Positions 53,678 to 63,620 of a DNA stretch of 64,000 nucleotides are shown one piece after another. The stretch spans positions 65,730 through 129,729 of the forward strand of contig CAVSXK010000016.1 of assembly GCA_963731925.1 (NCBI GenBank), in the 5' to 3' direction. The notes below the pieces were generated by a model. That model searched no databases, was not told the origin of the DNA, and worked only from the letters and a program-made list of their open reading frames with translations. The translations under genes and the position numbers were made by a program. Numbering within the stretch: the stretch's first letter is position 1; each line of letters opens with the position of its first letter. The stretch comes from an uncultured Actinomycetes bacterium (GTDB lineage: Bacteria; Actinomycetota; UBA4738; HRBIN12).

Positions 53678-54922
53678 GTGAGCGGCATCCGCGCCGCCGT
53701 CGTGACCGTTTCCGACGGCGTCACCCAGGGAACGCGAGCCGATGGCTCCGGCGACGCCGCCGAGGCGATGCTGCGCGAAGCCGGGTTCGACGTCGCGGCT
53801 CGCGCCGCGGTCCCCGACGAACGACCGGCCATCGAGACGGTCCTGCGGGACCTGGCGGACCAGCGCGGGTTCGCCCTGGTGGTCACGACGGGCGGCACCG
53901 GTTTCGGGCCTCGAGACGTGACGCCGGAGGCGACGCGGGCCGTCCTCGAGCGGGACGCTCCAGGATTGGGCGAGCTCATGCGCCGTGAGGGGACGCGACA
54001 GACCCCGATGGCCGCCCTGTCGCGTGCGGTGGCGGGGTCGCGCGGCGGCACGGTGATCGTGAACCTCCCCGGGAGCCCGAGGGGTGTCGGCGAGAGCCTC
54101 CGAGCGCTGCTGCCGGTCCTGCCCCATGCGGTCGAGCTCCTGGGCGGCTCGACCGGCGAGCACCACACCGGCCACGCCGATCACAGGAACGACACCCCGG
54201 CCGCGACGACGACCGATCGAGCAGAGGCGTGGGTGCAGGCCAAGGCGGTGAAGGTGCACGGTTCGCCGCCGTGCAAGGTGGGGAACGAGATGCGCATCGT
54301 TCCGGGGGGAGCGGTGCACGGGACGCTGGGATGCGCGGAGTTCGACGAGGCCGCGGTTCGCGACGCCGCCGAGATCCTCGCGTCGGGTGAGCCGGCGACG
54401 CGCGCGTATCACCACGAGCAGGGGGACGTCGAGGTCTACCTCGAACCGCATCGTCCGGCTCCGGCCCTGGTCGTCGTCTCGGCGACCGACGTGGCTCGCG
54501 AGCTCGCGCGTCTCGCACCCGGGCTCGGCTTCTCACCCGTCCTGGTCGAGACGCGCCGCGAACGCGTCACGCCCGCCGACGCGAGCTCGATGCCCGTCGT
54601 CCACGAGCTCGCCGATCTGGAGATCGATGCGGAGTCGCGGGTGGTGTTCACCGATCACGACGCTCCGGGGATCGCCGCGGCGCTCGCCCTCGTGCTCCGC
54701 TCGCCGGCACGGTTCATCGGGGTCATGGGGAGCCGGCGACACGTCGGACCCTACGTCGACGAGCTCCGAGCGATGGGGTTCGGCGACGACGACCTCGCCC
54801 GCATCCGGTCGCCGCTCGGTCTGGATCTCGGCGGCCGCCGGCCGGGGGAGATCGCGCTGTCGATCGCGGCGGGGTTGGTGGCCGACGCGAACGATCGCGA
54901 CGCCGGGTGGATGGACCGGTGA
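53678..54922 (+). CDS. MogA/MoaB-domain fused to XdhC/CoxI-family domain (molybdenum cofactor insertion/maturation)
   Basis: The N-terminal MogA-like block is IRAAVVTVSDG...VVTTGGTGFGPRDVTPEAT...LPGSP. The C-terminal half is XdhC-like, including a Rossmann subdomain. GTG start at 53678. Confidence 0.75.
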   Translation: MSGIRAAVVTVSDGVTQGTRADGSGDAAEAMLREAGFDVAARAAVPDERPAIETVLRDLADQRGFALVVTTGGTGFGPRDVTPEATRAVLERDAPGLGELMRREGTRQTPMAALSRAVAGSRGGTVIVNLPGSPRGVGESLRALLPVLPHAVELLGGSTGEHHTGHADHRNDTPAATTTDRAEAWVQAKAVKVHGSPPCKVGNEMRIVPGGAVHGTLGCAEFDEAAVRDAAEILASGEPATRAYHHEQGDVEVYLEPHRPAPALVVVSATDVARELARLAPGLGFSPVLVETRRERVTPADASSMPVVHELADLEIDAESRVVFTDHDAPGIAAALALVLRSPARFIGVMGSRRHVGPYVDELRAMGFGDDDLARIRSPLGLDLGGRRPGEIALSIAAGLVADANDRDAGWMDR

Positions 54923-55701
54923 GCGGGCCTCGAGGCGCGAAGGCGCCGACGCAGCCCCGCTACGTCCGGCGGAACCGCGCGAGCTGGAACCGCGAGGCGG
55001 ACGAGTACCAGCGCGACCACGCCTCCCAGCTGAACCGTTTCGACCGCCCCGCCTGGGGGGTCTGGGAGATCCCGGAGTCCGAGCTTCGCGTGCTGGGCGA
55101 CGTGGCCGGGATGGACGTGCTGGAGTTCGGGTGCGGCGGCGGGCAGTGGTCGATCTCGCTGGCCCGACTCGGGGCCCGTCCGGTCGGGCTGGATCTGTCG
55201 ATCCGTCAGCTCTCGCACGCGCTCCGGCTGATGGAGGGCGCATCGGAACGGTTCCCGCTCGTCAACGCCAACGCCGAGCGGACGCCGTTCGCAGACGAGC
55301 GCTTCGATCTCGTCTTCTGCGATCACGGGGCGATGAGCTTCGCGGATCCGTACCTCACACTGCCCGAGGTGGCTCGGGTGCTCCGGCCGGGTGGTCGGTT
55401 CGCGTTCAACATCGCGAGCCCGCTCATCTGGCTGTGCTGGGGCGACGGTGAGGAGCCGCCCGGGCCGGAGCTCGTCCGCAGCTACTTCGGCCTGCGCCGA
55501 GAGACGTGGGACTCGGTCGAGTTCCAGCTGCCGTACGGGGACTGGATCCGGCTGTTCCGGTCGAACGGGTTCGAGGTCCTCGACCTGATCGAGCTCCGGC
55601 CGCCGGCCCGCCCGCGGACCACGTATCCGGATTTCGCTCCCCTCGCGTGGGCTCGCCGATGGCCCGGCGAGAACATCTGGAAGCTCCGGAAGCTCGGATG
55701 A
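54907..55701 (+). CDS. class I SAM-dependent methyltransferase
   Basis: Motif I VLEFGCGGG and post-I DLS are present. Confidence 0.8.
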   Translation: MDGPVSGPRGAKAPTQPRYVRRNRASWNREADEYQRDHASQLNRFDRPAWGVWEIPESELRVLGDVAGMDVLEFGCGGGQWSISLARLGARPVGLDLSIRQLSHALRLMEGASERFPLVNANAERTPFADERFDLVFCDHGAMSFADPYLTLPEVARVLRPGGRFAFNIASPLIWLCWGDGEEPPGPELVRSYFGLRRETWDSVEFQLPYGDWIRLFRSNGFEVLDLIELRPPARPRTTYPDFAPLAWARRWPGENIWKLRKLG

Positions 55702-57122
55702 GCACGGACGGGACGGCGCCGCGCGCGGGACGCGGGCGCTCGGGGATGCGGACGGGGCTGGCCGTCGGTCTCGCCGTCGCGGCCCTGGTGTGGAGCGTCG
55801 CGGCCCTGCCACCGGTCCGTGGCCAGGAGGATCCGCGACCGAACGTGATCCTGGTCGTCACCGATGACCAGCCGGCCGACTCGATCCCGAACCCGTACGC
55901 CGTGATGCCGTTCCTCCAGCGCCGAGCGCTCGACCCCGACGACCACTGGGTCGTGTTCGAGAACGGCTACGTGAACACGCCGCTCTGCTGTCCGTCTCGG
56001 GCCACGATGCTCACGGGGCGGTTCGCCCACCACACCGGCGTTCGAGACAACGAGGACGGAGTCTTGCTCGACGAGACCTCGACGCTCGCCACCTGGCTGC
56101 ACGACGAGGGCTACCACACGGGACTGGTCGGCAAGTACCTGAACCGGTATCCGTTCGAACGCACGGCGTACGTGCCCGCCGGATGGGATCGCTGGTGGGG
56201 ACGGCAGTACGGCCCGGCGACGAGCCTGTACTTCGACTACACGCTGTTCGAACAGGATCATCTCGTCCCGTACGGTCACACCGACGCCGACTACGCGACC
56301 GACGCCCTCGCCGACAAGGCGACCCAGTTCGTTCGCGAGGCGCCGGCCGATCAGCCGTTCTTCCTGTGGTTCGGTCCGACCGCTCCCCACCCACCCTGGA
56401 CCGCGGCGCCGAGGGACGAGGGGGCGTTCGCCGGCCTCGTGGTTCCGACGCCGCCCTCGGTCGGAGAGGCCGATGTGACCGACAAGCCGGCCTGGGTCCG
56501 GGACCTCGCCCCGCTCGACGCGGCGGACCGAACGGCGCTCCGCGCCAGCCATCGTCGTTCGTACCAGGCGTTGCTCGCGGTCGACGACGCGCTCCGCGAG
56601 ATCCTGGCCGCGGTTCGCTCGCGGGGTGAGCTCGCCGACACCGTCGTGATCTTCACGTCGGACAACGGTCTCGCGTTCGGCGAGCACCGGTGGACCAAGA
56701 AGAGCTGTCCGTACGAGGCCTGCATCGGCGTGCCGTTCCTGATCCGGATGCCGAGCGTGGCGCACCGGACGGACCCGTCGATCGTCTCGGCCGCCGACAT
56801 CGCGCCGACGATCGCCGAGCTCGCCGGGGCGACGCCGCCGGCGACGTTCGACGGTGTCAGCCTGGTCCCGCTGCTCTCCACCGGGAGCCGTGCCGGGCTG
56901 CCCGGTGAGGTCTTCGCCGAATGGGTGGGCGACCAGACGATCCCGGCGTGGTGGGAGGTCCGAACGAGGCGATTCGCCTACATCGAGCTCGCGACGGGCG
57001 AGCGCGAGCTCTATGCCCTGCGGGACGACCCCTACGAGCTGACGAACGTGGCCGACGATCCGGCGTTCGAGGCCGAGGTGTCGCGGCTCGCGGCGACGCT
57101 CGAGACGTACCGGGGCGCGTGA
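55698..57122 (+). CDS. Cys-type sulfatase (arylsulfatase family) with signal peptide
   Basis: The sulfatase signature LCCPSRATMLTG (C-x-P-x-R with the formylglycine cysteine) and the N-terminal block VVTDDQ are present. Confidence 0.9.
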   Translation: MSTDGTAPRAGRGRSGMRTGLAVGLAVAALVWSVAALPPVRGQEDPRPNVILVVTDDQPADSIPNPYAVMPFLQRRALDPDDHWVVFENGYVNTPLCCPSRATMLTGRFAHHTGVRDNEDGVLLDETSTLATWLHDEGYHTGLVGKYLNRYPFERTAYVPAGWDRWWGRQYGPATSLYFDYTLFEQDHLVPYGHTDADYATDALADKATQFVREAPADQPFFLWFGPTAPHPPWTAAPRDEGAFAGLVVPTPPSVGEADVTDKPAWVRDLAPLDAADRTALRASHRRSYQALLAVDDALREILAAVRSRGELADTVVIFTSDNGLAFGEHRWTKKSCPYEACIGVPFLIRMPSVAHRTDPSIVSAADIAPTIAELAGATPPATFDGVSLVPLLSTGSRAGLPGEVFAEWVGDQTIPAWWEVRTRRFAYIELATGERELYALRDDPYELTNVADDPAFEAEVSRLAATLETYRGA

Positions 57123-58612
57123 AGCGAACCGCGGCGGTCGCCCTCGGGGCGCTCCTGGTCCTGCGTCCGGCCGGCGCGAACGGGCGGGCCGAGGCGGCAG
57201 CGGCCCCCGATCGTCCCCCGGACATCGTCCTCATCGTGACCGACGATCAGCGCTTCGATTCCCTGTGGGCGATGCCGGTCCTGTCCGAGCGCCTGGAGGC
57301 TCGGGGCGTGACGTTCCCGGACGCGTTCGTCGTGAACCCGCTCTGCTGCCCGAGCCGGGCCAGCATCCTCACGGGCAACTACTCGCACACCACCCTCGTC
57401 TACCGGCAGGTCCCGCCGTTCGGCAGGTTCGAATGGTTCGACGACGGCTCGACGCTCGCGACGTGGCTGCACGATGCCGGCTACCGAACAGGGCTCTTCG
57501 GCAAGTACCTCGATGGTTACCAGCACTCGGCGGTGACCGGCTACGTCCCACCCGGCTGGGACCGGTGGGTGGCGTTCGTGCGCTCGGCGCAGGTGGATTA
57601 CACCCTGACGATCGACGGGGCGCTCCGCGAGTTCGGACATGGTCCGGACGACCACGCGACGGAGGTGTTGGCGGACGAGGCCGTCGCGTTCGTGCAGGAC
57701 ACGACCGGACCGCTGTTCCTCGAGCTCGCCACCTCGGCGCCGCACGCCCCGGCGATCCCCTCGCCCGGGGACGAGAGCTCGTTCGCGAGCCTGCCGCCGG
57801 CGCGGCCGCCGTCCTTCGACGAGGCGGAGGTCTCCGATAAGCCGGCGTGGGTCCGAGACCTCCCGCCTCTCACCCCATCGCAGGAAGCGGCGATCGACGC
57901 GTTCCGGGCCGACCAGTACCGATCGCTCCTCGGAGTCGATCGTGCGCTCGGCAGGATCCTCGACGCGCTCGAACGGGCCGGACGGCTCGAGAACACGTTG
58001 ATCGTGTTCACGTCGGACAACGGCATCCTGCACGGCGAGCACCGATGGACCAAGAAGGAAGCTCCCTACGAGGAGGCGATCCGCGTGCCGCTCGTGATGC
58101 GATGGGACGCCGCGGAGTGGACGCCGGGGACCGAGCTCCCGGGCGTGCTCGCGCTGAACATCGACCTCGCGCCGACGATCGCCGACGCCGCGGGGGTCGC
58201 GCACCCGCCGACCGACGGGCGCAGCCTCCTCCCGGTCCTGGCCGGCGACCGGTCGTCGACGCGTTCGGACTTCCTCATCGAACACATGGAAGGGGAGAAT
58301 CCGGTCCCCACGTTCTGCGCCGTGCGCTCGGAGCGTTGGACGTACGTCCGGTACTCGACGGGCGAGGAGGAGCTCTACGATCTCGCGGCGGACCCGTTCG
58401 AGCTCGAGAACGCGGCCGGGGCTCCCTCGATGCGACCGGTACTCGAGGAACGGCGAGCGCGGCTGCGGACGCTGTGCTCACCGGTCCCGCCCGGCTACGA
58501 GGATCGCTCCGGGACCGGCGTCCCGCTCGCCGTCGGCGTGCTCGTGGCACTGGTGCTGCTCGAGGCATTCGCATCGCGTCGCGCGCGCGGCTCCGAGGAA
58601 AGGGCCCGGTAG
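57119..58612 (+). CDS. Cys-type sulfatase paralogue with C-terminal hydrophobic anchor
   Basis: Carries LCCPSRASILTG. It is collinear with the previous gene and shares the blocks TLATWLHD.GY.TGL.GKYL...GWDRW. A C-terminal TM-like segment LAVGVLVALVLL is present. GTG start overlaps the upstream stop (GTGA). Confidence 0.9.
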   Translation: MKRTAAVALGALLVLRPAGANGRAEAAAAPDRPPDIVLIVTDDQRFDSLWAMPVLSERLEARGVTFPDAFVVNPLCCPSRASILTGNYSHTTLVYRQVPPFGRFEWFDDGSTLATWLHDAGYRTGLFGKYLDGYQHSAVTGYVPPGWDRWVAFVRSAQVDYTLTIDGALREFGHGPDDHATEVLADEAVAFVQDTTGPLFLELATSAPHAPAIPSPGDESSFASLPPARPPSFDEAEVSDKPAWVRDLPPLTPSQEAAIDAFRADQYRSLLGVDRALGRILDALERAGRLENTLIVFTSDNGILHGEHRWTKKEAPYEEAIRVPLVMRWDAAEWTPGTELPGVLALNIDLAPTIADAAGVAHPPTDGRSLLPVLAGDRSSTRSDFLIEHMEGENPVPTFCAVRSERWTYVRYSTGEEELYDLAADPFELENAAGAPSMRPVLEERRARLRTLCSPVPPGYEDRSGTGVPLAVGVLVALVLLEAFASRRARGSEERAR

Positions 58613-58623
58613 GCTAGCCGCCC

Positions 58624-60243
58624 ATGAGCACCCCCTCCGGACCCGGGTCGAGGGTTCCGATCCCGAAGAAGCGGTTGCGGCTCTCCCGCCGGCGGGCCGC
58701 GCGGCGTCGAGGGTTCGCGGCGTTCCTCGGCGTGGTGGTGGTCGTCATCGCGGCGCTCGGCTGGGCGGCGACGCGGGACGGGAACGAGCGCGCCGCGACC
58801 GGGCCTTCCGGGGCGACCTCGCCGGCGCCGGGCGCGAGCGGCGGAACGGGCAACGGTGCCTCTCCCAGCCCCGGAGGCGTGACGATCATCCCGGGTGAGA
58901 CGCCGATCGAGCACGTCGTGTTCATCGTCAAGGAGAACCGGACGTTCAACAACTACTTCGCGACGTACCCGGGCGCCGAAGGTGCGACCGAGGGCGGGAC
59001 GATCAGGTGCACCGAGGACGGGTGCCGCGACGGGCCCGTCGTCCGGCTCACCGAGGGGCCCGACATCTATCCGCACGACCTGACCCACTGCTTCCGCTGC
59101 GGACTCACGGCGATCAACGGCGGCAAGATGAACGGCTTCAACCGGATGAACGGGCCGATCCCGCAGTCGGAGAACGCCGACCTGTACGGCGCCGACATGA
59201 CCGGGTACTCCTATCTGGATCGCACCGGGGTCCCGAACTACTGGGCGTACGCCGACCGGTTCGTCCTTGCCGACCACTTCTTCACGTCGATGTACGGCCC
59301 GACGCTCCCCGAGCACCTGTACGCGGTCGCCGCCCAGGCGAACCTCATCGTCGACAACAAGTCCACCACCGATCACGAAGGGAACTATTGCGACGACGCT
59401 ACCGAGGACGCGACGCGGTTCGTCCCCCGCGAGGTGCGTCAGCACGAGGAGGAGATCCTCCGTCTCGAACGCCGCATCACGGAGAACGGCTCGAACGTGT
59501 ACGACATCGCGGACTTCTGGGGAAGCATCCGCCTGTGCTTCGACATCGAGGTGCTGCCCGACCAGCTCGAGGAGGAGGGCATCTCGTGGAAGTACTACGC
59601 GAACGAGAACGCCTGGATGAACGTCCTGCAGATGATCCGCCACGTCCGGTACGGGCCGATGTGGAAGAAGGTCCAGCCGCCCGAGACCTTCGTGAAGGAC
59701 GTCAAGCAGGGCGAGATGCCGGCCGTGTCGTGGATCATCCCGTCCGAGTCCTACAACGAGCACCCCGGTGCGGGGAAGAGCACCTGTGCAGGCGAGAACT
59801 GGACCGTGCACCAGATCAACACGATCATGCGCAGCGAGTACTGGCGCTCGACGGCGATCGTGGTGGTCTGGGACGACTTCGGAGGGTTCTACGACCCGGT
59901 GGAGCCGCCTCAGTTCGACGTGATGGGCCTCGGGCCGCGGACCCCCGCACTGATCATCAGCCCGTACGCGCGCCAGGGCTCGAACCCCGACGGCGGCTCC
60001 GTGGACCACACGACCTACGAGTTCTCCTCGGTGCTCGCCTTCATCGAGCAGCTGTTCGGGCTCGACCCCATGACCGAACGGGATGCCGAGGCCGACCCGC
60101 TCTCGGGCGCGTTCGACTTCGCGAACCCGAGGTTCGACAAGCTCGTCCTGCCGCTCCGGGACGACTGCCCGTACGGCACCTCGGCCTCGCAGTTCCTCGC
60201 GTCCTGGCCGTTCCTGCGGACGATCGGAAGCCCGTTCGACTAG
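58624..60243 (+). CDS. phosphoesterase-family protein (PlcC/AcpA-like phospholipase C/acid phosphatase), N-terminal membrane anchor
   Basis: The family motif HVVFIVKENRTFNNYF and the downstream VVWDDFGGFYDPV block are present. Confidence 0.85.
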   Translation: MSTPSGPGSRVPIPKKRLRLSRRRAARRRGFAAFLGVVVVVIAALGWAATRDGNERAATGPSGATSPAPGASGGTGNGASPSPGGVTIIPGETPIEHVVFIVKENRTFNNYFATYPGAEGATEGGTIRCTEDGCRDGPVVRLTEGPDIYPHDLTHCFRCGLTAINGGKMNGFNRMNGPIPQSENADLYGADMTGYSYLDRTGVPNYWAYADRFVLADHFFTSMYGPTLPEHLYAVAAQANLIVDNKSTTDHEGNYCDDATEDATRFVPREVRQHEEEILRLERRITENGSNVYDIADFWGSIRLCFDIEVLPDQLEEEGISWKYYANENAWMNVLQMIRHVRYGPMWKKVQPPETFVKDVKQGEMPAVSWIIPSESYNEHPGAGKSTCAGENWTVHQINTIMRSEYWRSTAIVVVWDDFGGFYDPVEPPQFDVMGLGPRTPALIISPYARQGSNPDGGSVDHTTYEFSSVLAFIEQLFGLDPMTERDAEADPLSGAFDFANPRFDKLVLPLRDDCPYGTSASQFLASWPFLRTIGSPFD

Positions 60244-61587
60244 TCAGTCGTCGGGGAACCGCGGGCCGACGCAGTCGGTCCGCAGCGGCAGCGGCTCGGG
60301 GGGTCGTGGGGCCTGCTCGAAGTCGAACGCCGAGAGCAGGGGCGTCGCGTCCCGGTCCCGATGCGTGAGCTGGGAGAGCCGCCAGTTGTCCTCGACGAAC
60401 CGAAGCACGCTGGAGAACTCTCCCAGCTCGTGGGTCACGAACCCCTCCTTCGCGTACGGGCTGATGACGAGCAACGGCACCCGGATCCCGAAGCCGAACT
60501 CGTCGACCTGCGGCGGCGGGACGTGATCGTAGAAACCACCGTAGTCGTCCCACGTGATGAAGATCGCGGTCGAGTCCCAGTCCGGACCCTCCATCACCGC
60601 GTTCACGATCTCGGTCGTCCAGTTCTCACCGTGGCACATGCTGTACTCGGGGTGCTCGGAGAGCTCGAACCGGGGTGTCACCCACGTGACGGGCGGCAGC
60701 AGCCCCGACCGGGCCTGCTCGGCGAACCCGTCGACCGGGAAGATGTGGGACCGCCAGTACTCCTCGTCCTCGCGGATGTGGCGAACGGCGTCGTACGCCG
60801 ACCACAGGTATCCGTTCTGGTACTGGGTCGCCGCGTAGTACGCCCACGGGATCTGCGCCTCGGTCAGCAGGTCGCCTTCGGTGAGGAAGTCGAAGCACGG
60901 GGGAACCTTCTTCTCGATGCCCTCGCTGTCGACGACCACGGCGAAGGCGTCCTCCATCGAGTCGCAGCCCCAGGCCTTGAACAGGCCGGTGTCGCGGTGG
61001 CGCTCGCGCAGCTCGTCGATGTCCTGATACACGTTCTCGTGCGTTCCGCCCGACTGGGCGGCGATCGTGTAGAGGTGGTTCGGGAACGACGGCCCCTGCG
61101 CGCTCGCGAAGAACTTGTCGCCCAGCACGAAGGACGATGCCCACGTCCAGTAGTTCGGGAGGTCCCCCGGCTGGAACTGCGTGTAGGCGTATTCGTCGGC
61201 CGTCTCGCTGATCGTCGCGAACCCGTCCATCTCGCCCTCGTTCCAGGCCTGGAGCGCGCAGTCGTAGCAGTGCCTGATGTCCATCTCGAGTCGGTCGACC
61301 GCGGGTGTGAGGGTTCGAGGCTCGCCCCGGTCCATCCCGACCGTGACGCCATCCGCGCCCGGGAACAGGCCGAACATGTTGTCGAAGGTCCGGTTCTCCT
61401 TGATCACGAACACGACGTGCTTGATCGGCGTCGCCGTCTCGAACGCTTCCGCATCGACGGGCGTCGGAGCGACCCCGTAGTCGAGCGGTGGGAGCGGGGT
61501 CCACTCGGGGCCGTCGTCCCCGCACGAGCTGCCCACCACCGCGAACAGCAGGATGAGGGCGAGCGCGCGCAGGGGTGCCTTCGACAT
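60244..61587 (-). CDS. phosphoesterase-family lipoprotein (PlcC/AcpA-like), paralogue of the convergent neighbour
   Basis: A signal peptide with a lipobox-like VGSSC, the motifs [17 protein letters not shown] and [13 protein letters not shown]. Its stop codon abuts the stop of the plus-strand paralogue. Confidence 0.85.
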   Translation of the reverse strand: MSKAPLRALALILLFAVVGSSCGDDGPEWTPLPPLDYGVAPTPVDAEAFETATPIKHVVFVIKENRTFDNMFGLFPGADGVTVGMDRGEPRTLTPAVDRLEMDIRHCYDCALQAWNEGEMDGFATISETADEYAYTQFQPGDLPNYWTWASSFVLGDKFFASAQGPSFPNHLYTIAAQSGGTHENVYQDIDELRERHRDTGLFKAWGCDSMEDAFAVVVDSEGIEKKVPPCFDFLTEGDLLTEAQIPWAYYAATQYQNGYLWSAYDAVRHIREDEEYWRSHIFPVDGFAEQARSGLLPPVTWVTPRFELSEHPEYSMCHGENWTTEIVNAVMEGPDWDSTAIFITWDDYGGFYDHVPPPQVDEFGFGIRVPLLVISPYAKEGFVTHELGEFSSVLRFVEDNWRLSQLTHRDRDATPLLSAFDFEQAPRPPEPLPLRTDCVGPRFPDD

Positions 61588-61689
61588 CGGTGTGCGACCC
61601 TATCGCACCTTCCGTTGGAGACCGTTGCGAGATCGCCGTCGTACCGCGATGATGCGACGGGACCGGTTCACGAGTCGAAGGAGGACGAC

Positions 61690-62169
61690 ATGCGACGGTT
61701 CGTCACGGTGGTGTGGGTCACGCTCGCGGGTGTGCTCGCGGCGGGACTCACGAGCGCGTTCGCGGCGACCGGGATCGCCCAGGAGGAGACGGTCGTCCTG
61801 GGCGAGCACACGTTGAAGGGCCGGAACCTCGATCTCGTGGGCGAGGCCAACGACTTCCGGCCGGGCGACCGGTACATCTTCCGGAGCGAGCTCACCGACG
61901 AGCAGGACGCGGTCGTCGGTCACCTGTACGTCGATTGCTCCGTGCAGTTCGGCAAGCGGGACTCCTGCTCGCAGATCTACGACATCCCCGCTCGCGGGAC
62001 CGTGACGGCCGAGGGGCTGATCCCGGTCGCCGAGCTCCACCTCGGGGGCACGTGGGTCCTCGCGATCACGGGCGGCACCGGTGATTTCGAGAACGTCCGA
62101 GGGTCCGTCACGGTCGAAGTCGTCGACGACAGGGGCAACAGCGAGCACACGTTGCATCTGCTGCCCTGA
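61690..62169 (+). CDS. secreted small beta-barrel protein (dirigent/allene-oxide-cyclase-like?)
   Basis: A signal peptide, the ITGGTGDFENVRG motif, and a GAAGGAGG RBS. The family call is tentative. Confidence 0.5.
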   Translation: MRRFVTVVWVTLAGVLAAGLTSAFAATGIAQEETVVLGEHTLKGRNLDLVGEANDFRPGDRYIFRSELTDEQDAVVGHLYVDCSVQFGKRDSCSQIYDIPARGTVTAEGLIPVAELHLGGTWVLAITGGTGDFENVRGSVTVEVVDDRGNSEHTLHLLP

Positions 62170-62204
62170 CGGAGCCGGTTCGGTAGTGGTTCGGCGACAC
62201 GCGG

Positions 62205-63620
62205 TCAGGCGGGCGCGAGCCGCATGCCCTGCTGCTCCGCCATGAACTCGCGCCAGTAACGCTTGCCTTCCTCGGGCAGCGTGGTGATGGGGTCGTAGTA
62301 CGGGTACTCGCGGGAGAGCGCCTCGGGATCGTCGTACTCGATCCCGGTCCGGTAGTTCTTCCGCCAATACGAGATGCCCTTGACCCGGTCGTACGTGTTG
62401 AGCATGTGCACCCATCGCTTGCCGACGAACGGCACGTCGCACACGAACCTCGGGGTCGCGAACCCCGGCAGGTAGCCCATGACCGCGAACTGCAGCTCCT
62501 GCGCCTCCCACACGGCGAGCCGCCAGTGTTCGCTGTTCGGGATCATGTCGCACATGTAGAAGTAGTAGGGCATGACCTTCGCGTGATCCAGGAGCGTGAA
62601 ACAGAGCTCGAGGATCTGGTTCGGCGTCGTGTTCACGCCCCGCAGGAGCACCCCCTGGTTCCGAACGTCTCGGTACCCCATGTCCAGCAGCTTGCGAACC
62701 GCCGATCCGACGAGCGGTGTCACCTGCTGGGCGGCGTTCACGTGGGTGTGGATCGCCACGTCGACCTGCCGTTCGTGCGCGCGCCCCGCGATCGCCTCGT
62801 AGCCTTCGAGCACGTCGTCCTGCAGGAAGTGCTGCGGGATGCCCATCAGCCCCTTCGTCGCGATCCGAACCTCGCGCACGTTCTCGATGTCGAACAGGCC
62901 GAACAGCCACTCTTGGAGCCGCTTGATCGGGACGTTGGCCATGTCGCCGCCCGAGACGACCACGTCGCGCACGCTCGGGGTCCTGCGCAGGTAGTCGAGC
63001 ATCGCGTCCCAGCGCTCGTTCTGCTTCATCTCGAACTTGTACTTCAGTACCTGGGACGTGTCGTTGCCGACGAGATCCATGCGGGTGCAGTGCCCGCAGT
63101 ACTGAGGGCACGTGGGGATCAGCTCCGCCAGCACCTTGGTCGGGTAGCGGTGTGTGAGCCCCTCGACGGCCCACATGTCCGCTTCGTGCAGGGAATCGCG
63201 AGCGGCCATCGGGTGCGACGGGAACTCCTCGTCCCGGTCCGACAGCGCCGGGGCCATGTAGCGCCGAACGGGGTCGGCCCACAGGTCGGTCTCGTCCATC
63301 GTGTTGATCATCTGGGGCGGGATCAGCATCGACATCGTCGCCCGCTCCTGCTGGTCGCGTTCGATGTCCGCGTACAGCTCGTCGGAAAGGTGGTTGCCGA
63401 GCGCGCGCTTCAGCTCGACGAGGTTCTTGATCGTGTGGGCCCTCTGCCACTGGGCGGACTCCCACTGCTCCTTCGTGACGTCAGCGAACCCGGAGAGACG
63501 CGTCCAGTCGGGCTCGACGTACTCGCGCTTCAGCGGGTACTCGAAGGGTTGGTCGGCGGCGTGGGCGTGACCGGCCTCGTGCTTGGGGCGTTCTGCGGTG
63601 TGGTCGCTTCGTTCGCTCAT
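62205..63620 (-). CDS. KamA-family radical SAM aminomutase (lysine/glutamate 2,3-aminomutase-like)
   Basis: The radical-SAM motif CPQYCGHCTR, a Gly-rich SAM region VVSGGD, and a PLP-binding-lysine region are present. The start is at ATG 63620; the upstream part of the track ORF is non-coding. Confidence 0.85.
   Translation of the reverse strand: MSERSDHTAERPKHEAGHAHAADQPFEYPLKREYVEPDWTRLSGFADVTKEQWESAQWQRAHTIKNLVELKRALGNHLSDELYADIERDQQERATMSMLIPPQMINTMDETDLWADPVRRYMAPALSDRDEEFPSHPMAARDSLHEADMWAVEGLTHRYPTKVLAELIPTCPQYCGHCTRMDLVGNDTSQVLKYKFEMKQNERWDAMLDYLRRTPSVRDVVVSGGDMANVPIKRLQEWLFGLFDIENVREVRIATKGLMGIPQHFLQDDVLEGYEAIAGRAHERQVDVAIHTHVNAAQQVTPLVGSAVRKLLDMGYRDVRNQGVLLRGVNTTPNQILELCFTLLDHAKVMPYYFYMCDMIPNSEHWRLAVWEAQELQFAVMGYLPGFATPRFVCDVPFVGKRWVHMLNTYDRVKGISYWRKNYRTGIEYDDPEALSREYPYYDPITTLPEEGKRYWREFMAEQQGMRLAPA

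Noticed and set aside
53597-54451. Upstream part of the 379-aa minus-strand ORF
   Set aside because: It is antisense to the mogA-xdhC gene. Only the last 94 codons show coding bias.
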